A stretch of DNA of 53,787 bases, filler included, from Sluysia triapertura (taxonomy: Eukaryota): assembly GCA_046118255.1 (NCBI GenBank). It is 3 parts of 3 records of this genome, joined end to end, with 100 filler letters (N's around TTAATTAATTAA, not from the genome) between each part and the next. Parts side by side here need not be neighbours in the genome. Positions count along the whole stretch, not along the records: positions 35,299 to 53,787 come from JBJNIA010140836.1; 2 more parts are not named here. The stretch is one strand, 5' to 3'. Position numbers and translations under genes: made by a program. How positions within the stretch are numbered: position 1 is the first letter of the stretch; the number at the start of each line of letters is the position of its first letter. Positions 52,102-53,787 of the stretch are shown here, in pieces. The notes below the pieces were generated by a model that made no database searches, was not told where the DNA came from, and saw only the letters and a list, made by a program, of their open reading frames with translations.

Positions 52102-52164
52102 TATTTATAAGAGCCAACAGCCAATCACAAGCGAGTAGAATTTTAGAATGTTCTAGAACATTCT
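52102..52164 (-). promoter_or_regulatory. Heat-shock element + CCAAT + TATA promoter
   Basis: Perfect palindrome AGAATGTTCTAGAACATTCT (52145-52164, four nGAAn units), CCAAT at 52121-52125 and TATAAATA on the minus strand at 52109-52102. Confidence 0.7.
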
Positions 52165-52305
52165 TTTCTATTTTTAGTAAGGAGTTTTCTTTTTTAGAAA
52201 ATAAAGTTTAAATTAATATTGTAAGTTGTTTTTGTAGTTTTGTCATTTTAAAATGGTTGTGATGATCACCTAACATCACTTCTCCGTTTATAAAAATTTG
52301 TCCAC

Positions 52306-53120
52306 TGCAGTGAACTCTAAATCAACGCATCACAATCACAAACACATTTCTTCACAAATCATGACTTCATACATAAATAAATTATTAAATAGATTACTCA
52401 ATTCATACAAAACTCAAACACTATCATAATAATTTATAATCCATATAGTCTTACAGTTATTATCATAATTATTATCACAATAATAACTATTGTCATAATA
52501 ATACTAAATTGTTATAATAATTCCATAATTGTCGTTATAACCAATGCTGTTATTGTTGTAACTATTATTATTATCGTTGTTGGTGCTCTATTAATTTAAT
52601 TATCATTATATGGTTATTTCACCTATAATTATGTTCAATATTTGACTTTTATTCGTGATATTGATATTTCTAGATTTAATTTATATTCATGGTCTTAATT
52701 GTTAAATTGTATTATTCGCATTTCCTAGAGAAAGCAATTGAAGTTGAGTTTTGAATTCAAAGTTAATAGGGAATTAAATTAGAATATTTTAAAAGAAGCA
52801 ACACAAGAAGGATCAATGATAGATGTTTGTAGACTGTAGACCAAATAAACCTGGTAGCCGAAATAATAAAGATTTAGATGCCAGTTCAAATTGTTCGAAC
52901 AATATCAAGTGAACTTCAAATTTCTTCATCGAATGTATTTTAGAATTTGAAATTTTTAGAAAAGATTCTTAAATGTTTGATTTGAATAACAATCACAGAA
53001 AATCTGTGCAAATAAATGCCGGAAAACACTAATAATGTACTATTTTTTAAAGATTATTGTTACATTATAGTAAGAAATAAAATGAAAATGAATAGATAGG
53101 TAAAGGTATAGTTCACTTTG
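52306..53120 (+). mobile_element. Family B LTR-like element, 5' part
   Basis: TGCAGTGAACTCTAAATC...acaatcacaaacacatttcttcacaaa matches 18369-18420. The end is unresolved. Confidence 0.5.
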
Positions 53121-53223
53121 AATTGATTCCTTGTGTTCAGTTTATTATCTTTGAACTATATTGTAATCAGATAGAACGAGTTGAAGTTATTATTAGTCAA
53201 TAGTAATGTTAGACTTCATAAAA

Positions 53224-53295
53224 TGGACTGACCGGGGATCGAACTCTGGACCTCTCCCTGCGTAGTTCGATGCTCTACCACTGAGCTATCAGCCC
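53224..53295 (-). pseudogene. tRNA-like sequence (Ala/Cys-like body, broken anticodon stem)
   Basis: GGGCTGA TA GCTC AGTGGTA GAGC A TCGAA CTACGCA GGGAG AGGTC CAGAG TTCGATC CCCGG TCAGTCC A. Acceptor and D stems pair and the A and B boxes are intact; the anticodon stem does not pair and the T stem has two mismatches. Confidence 0.75.
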
Positions 53296-53398
53296 CGTCT
53301 AACAATTCTATTTTATTATAGTCAATATTTATACGTGGCACTTTTAGGTCTTTACCCCAACAGTAATAAAGTTTTATTCCAACAGATAATTTCCAAAA

Positions 53399-53440
<42 letters not shown>

Positions 53441-53464
53441 ATGATCTTGATGGATTTGATATAT

Positions 53465-53650
53465 GTATTCCAGATTTTGCTTCTTCTGACTATTACTTAT
53501 TTCAGGATCTTTAATAGGAACGATGATATAAAAATAACTATGAAGAATTTTTAGCTTCTAAAAAGAAGGATTGGTTTTTAAATTGTATTAAATAGTGATG
53601 ACTTCATCGATGGAATAAAATTATGGTTTTTTGAAAGGTTATTCTAACAC
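53465..53650 (+). mobile_element. Mariner (DD34D-like) transposase C-terminal fragment
   Basis: PDFASSDYYLFQDL...EEFLASKKKDWF...LHRWNKIM resembles SPDLAPSDYYLF...FFASK...LPxRWxK. Confidence 0.8.
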
Positions 53651-53721
53651 CTACCCTAAGTGATTATAAGTTTCATTTATTGTAATAGTTTAACTTAGTT
53701 TTGCTTATTTTTAAATAATAA

Positions 53722-53787
<66 letters not shown>

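Overview
Very AT-rich eukaryotic, almost certainly metazoan, scaffold with (AAT)n microsatellites, GT-AG introns as short as 29-37 nt and two artificial 100-bp N/TTAATTAATTAA joins. Host genes supported by hand splicing: a complete Tom20 (36937-37466, +), two C-terminal exons of GLG1 (-), five exons of a TMC channel-like gene (41135-49475, +), a single-exon membrane ORF (16950-17435) and a low-complexity exon (622-1055, -). Most of the rest is decayed mobile DNA: two mariners, a DD39D Tc1/mariner, a Polinton-type pPolB, L2 LINE ends, a hAT MITE and a tRNA-like unit. The main observation is a family of about 2-2.6 kb LTR-like elements (family A: 1501-3859, 25594-27642, 41494-~44085). Copy 1 has TG...CA ends and a perfect 5-bp TSD (ATTTC). 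All three share a G-poor 5' arm, CTGTCA-N5-TGACAG palindromes and a 3' arm. Copies 1 and 2 end their ORF in the same atypical C-x9-C-x6-C-x3-H zinc finger; copy 3 has a probable remnant. In copy 1 the finger is fused to a decayed, near full-length DDX47/Rrp3-like DEAD-box helicase, while copies 2 and 3 carry a different unknown N-terminal domain. A second LTR-like family (B/C) appears to carry an antisense, intron-containing membrane-protein gene, and a third (D) has covarying bulged hairpins. All homology calls come from motif recognition by eye; no searches were run.
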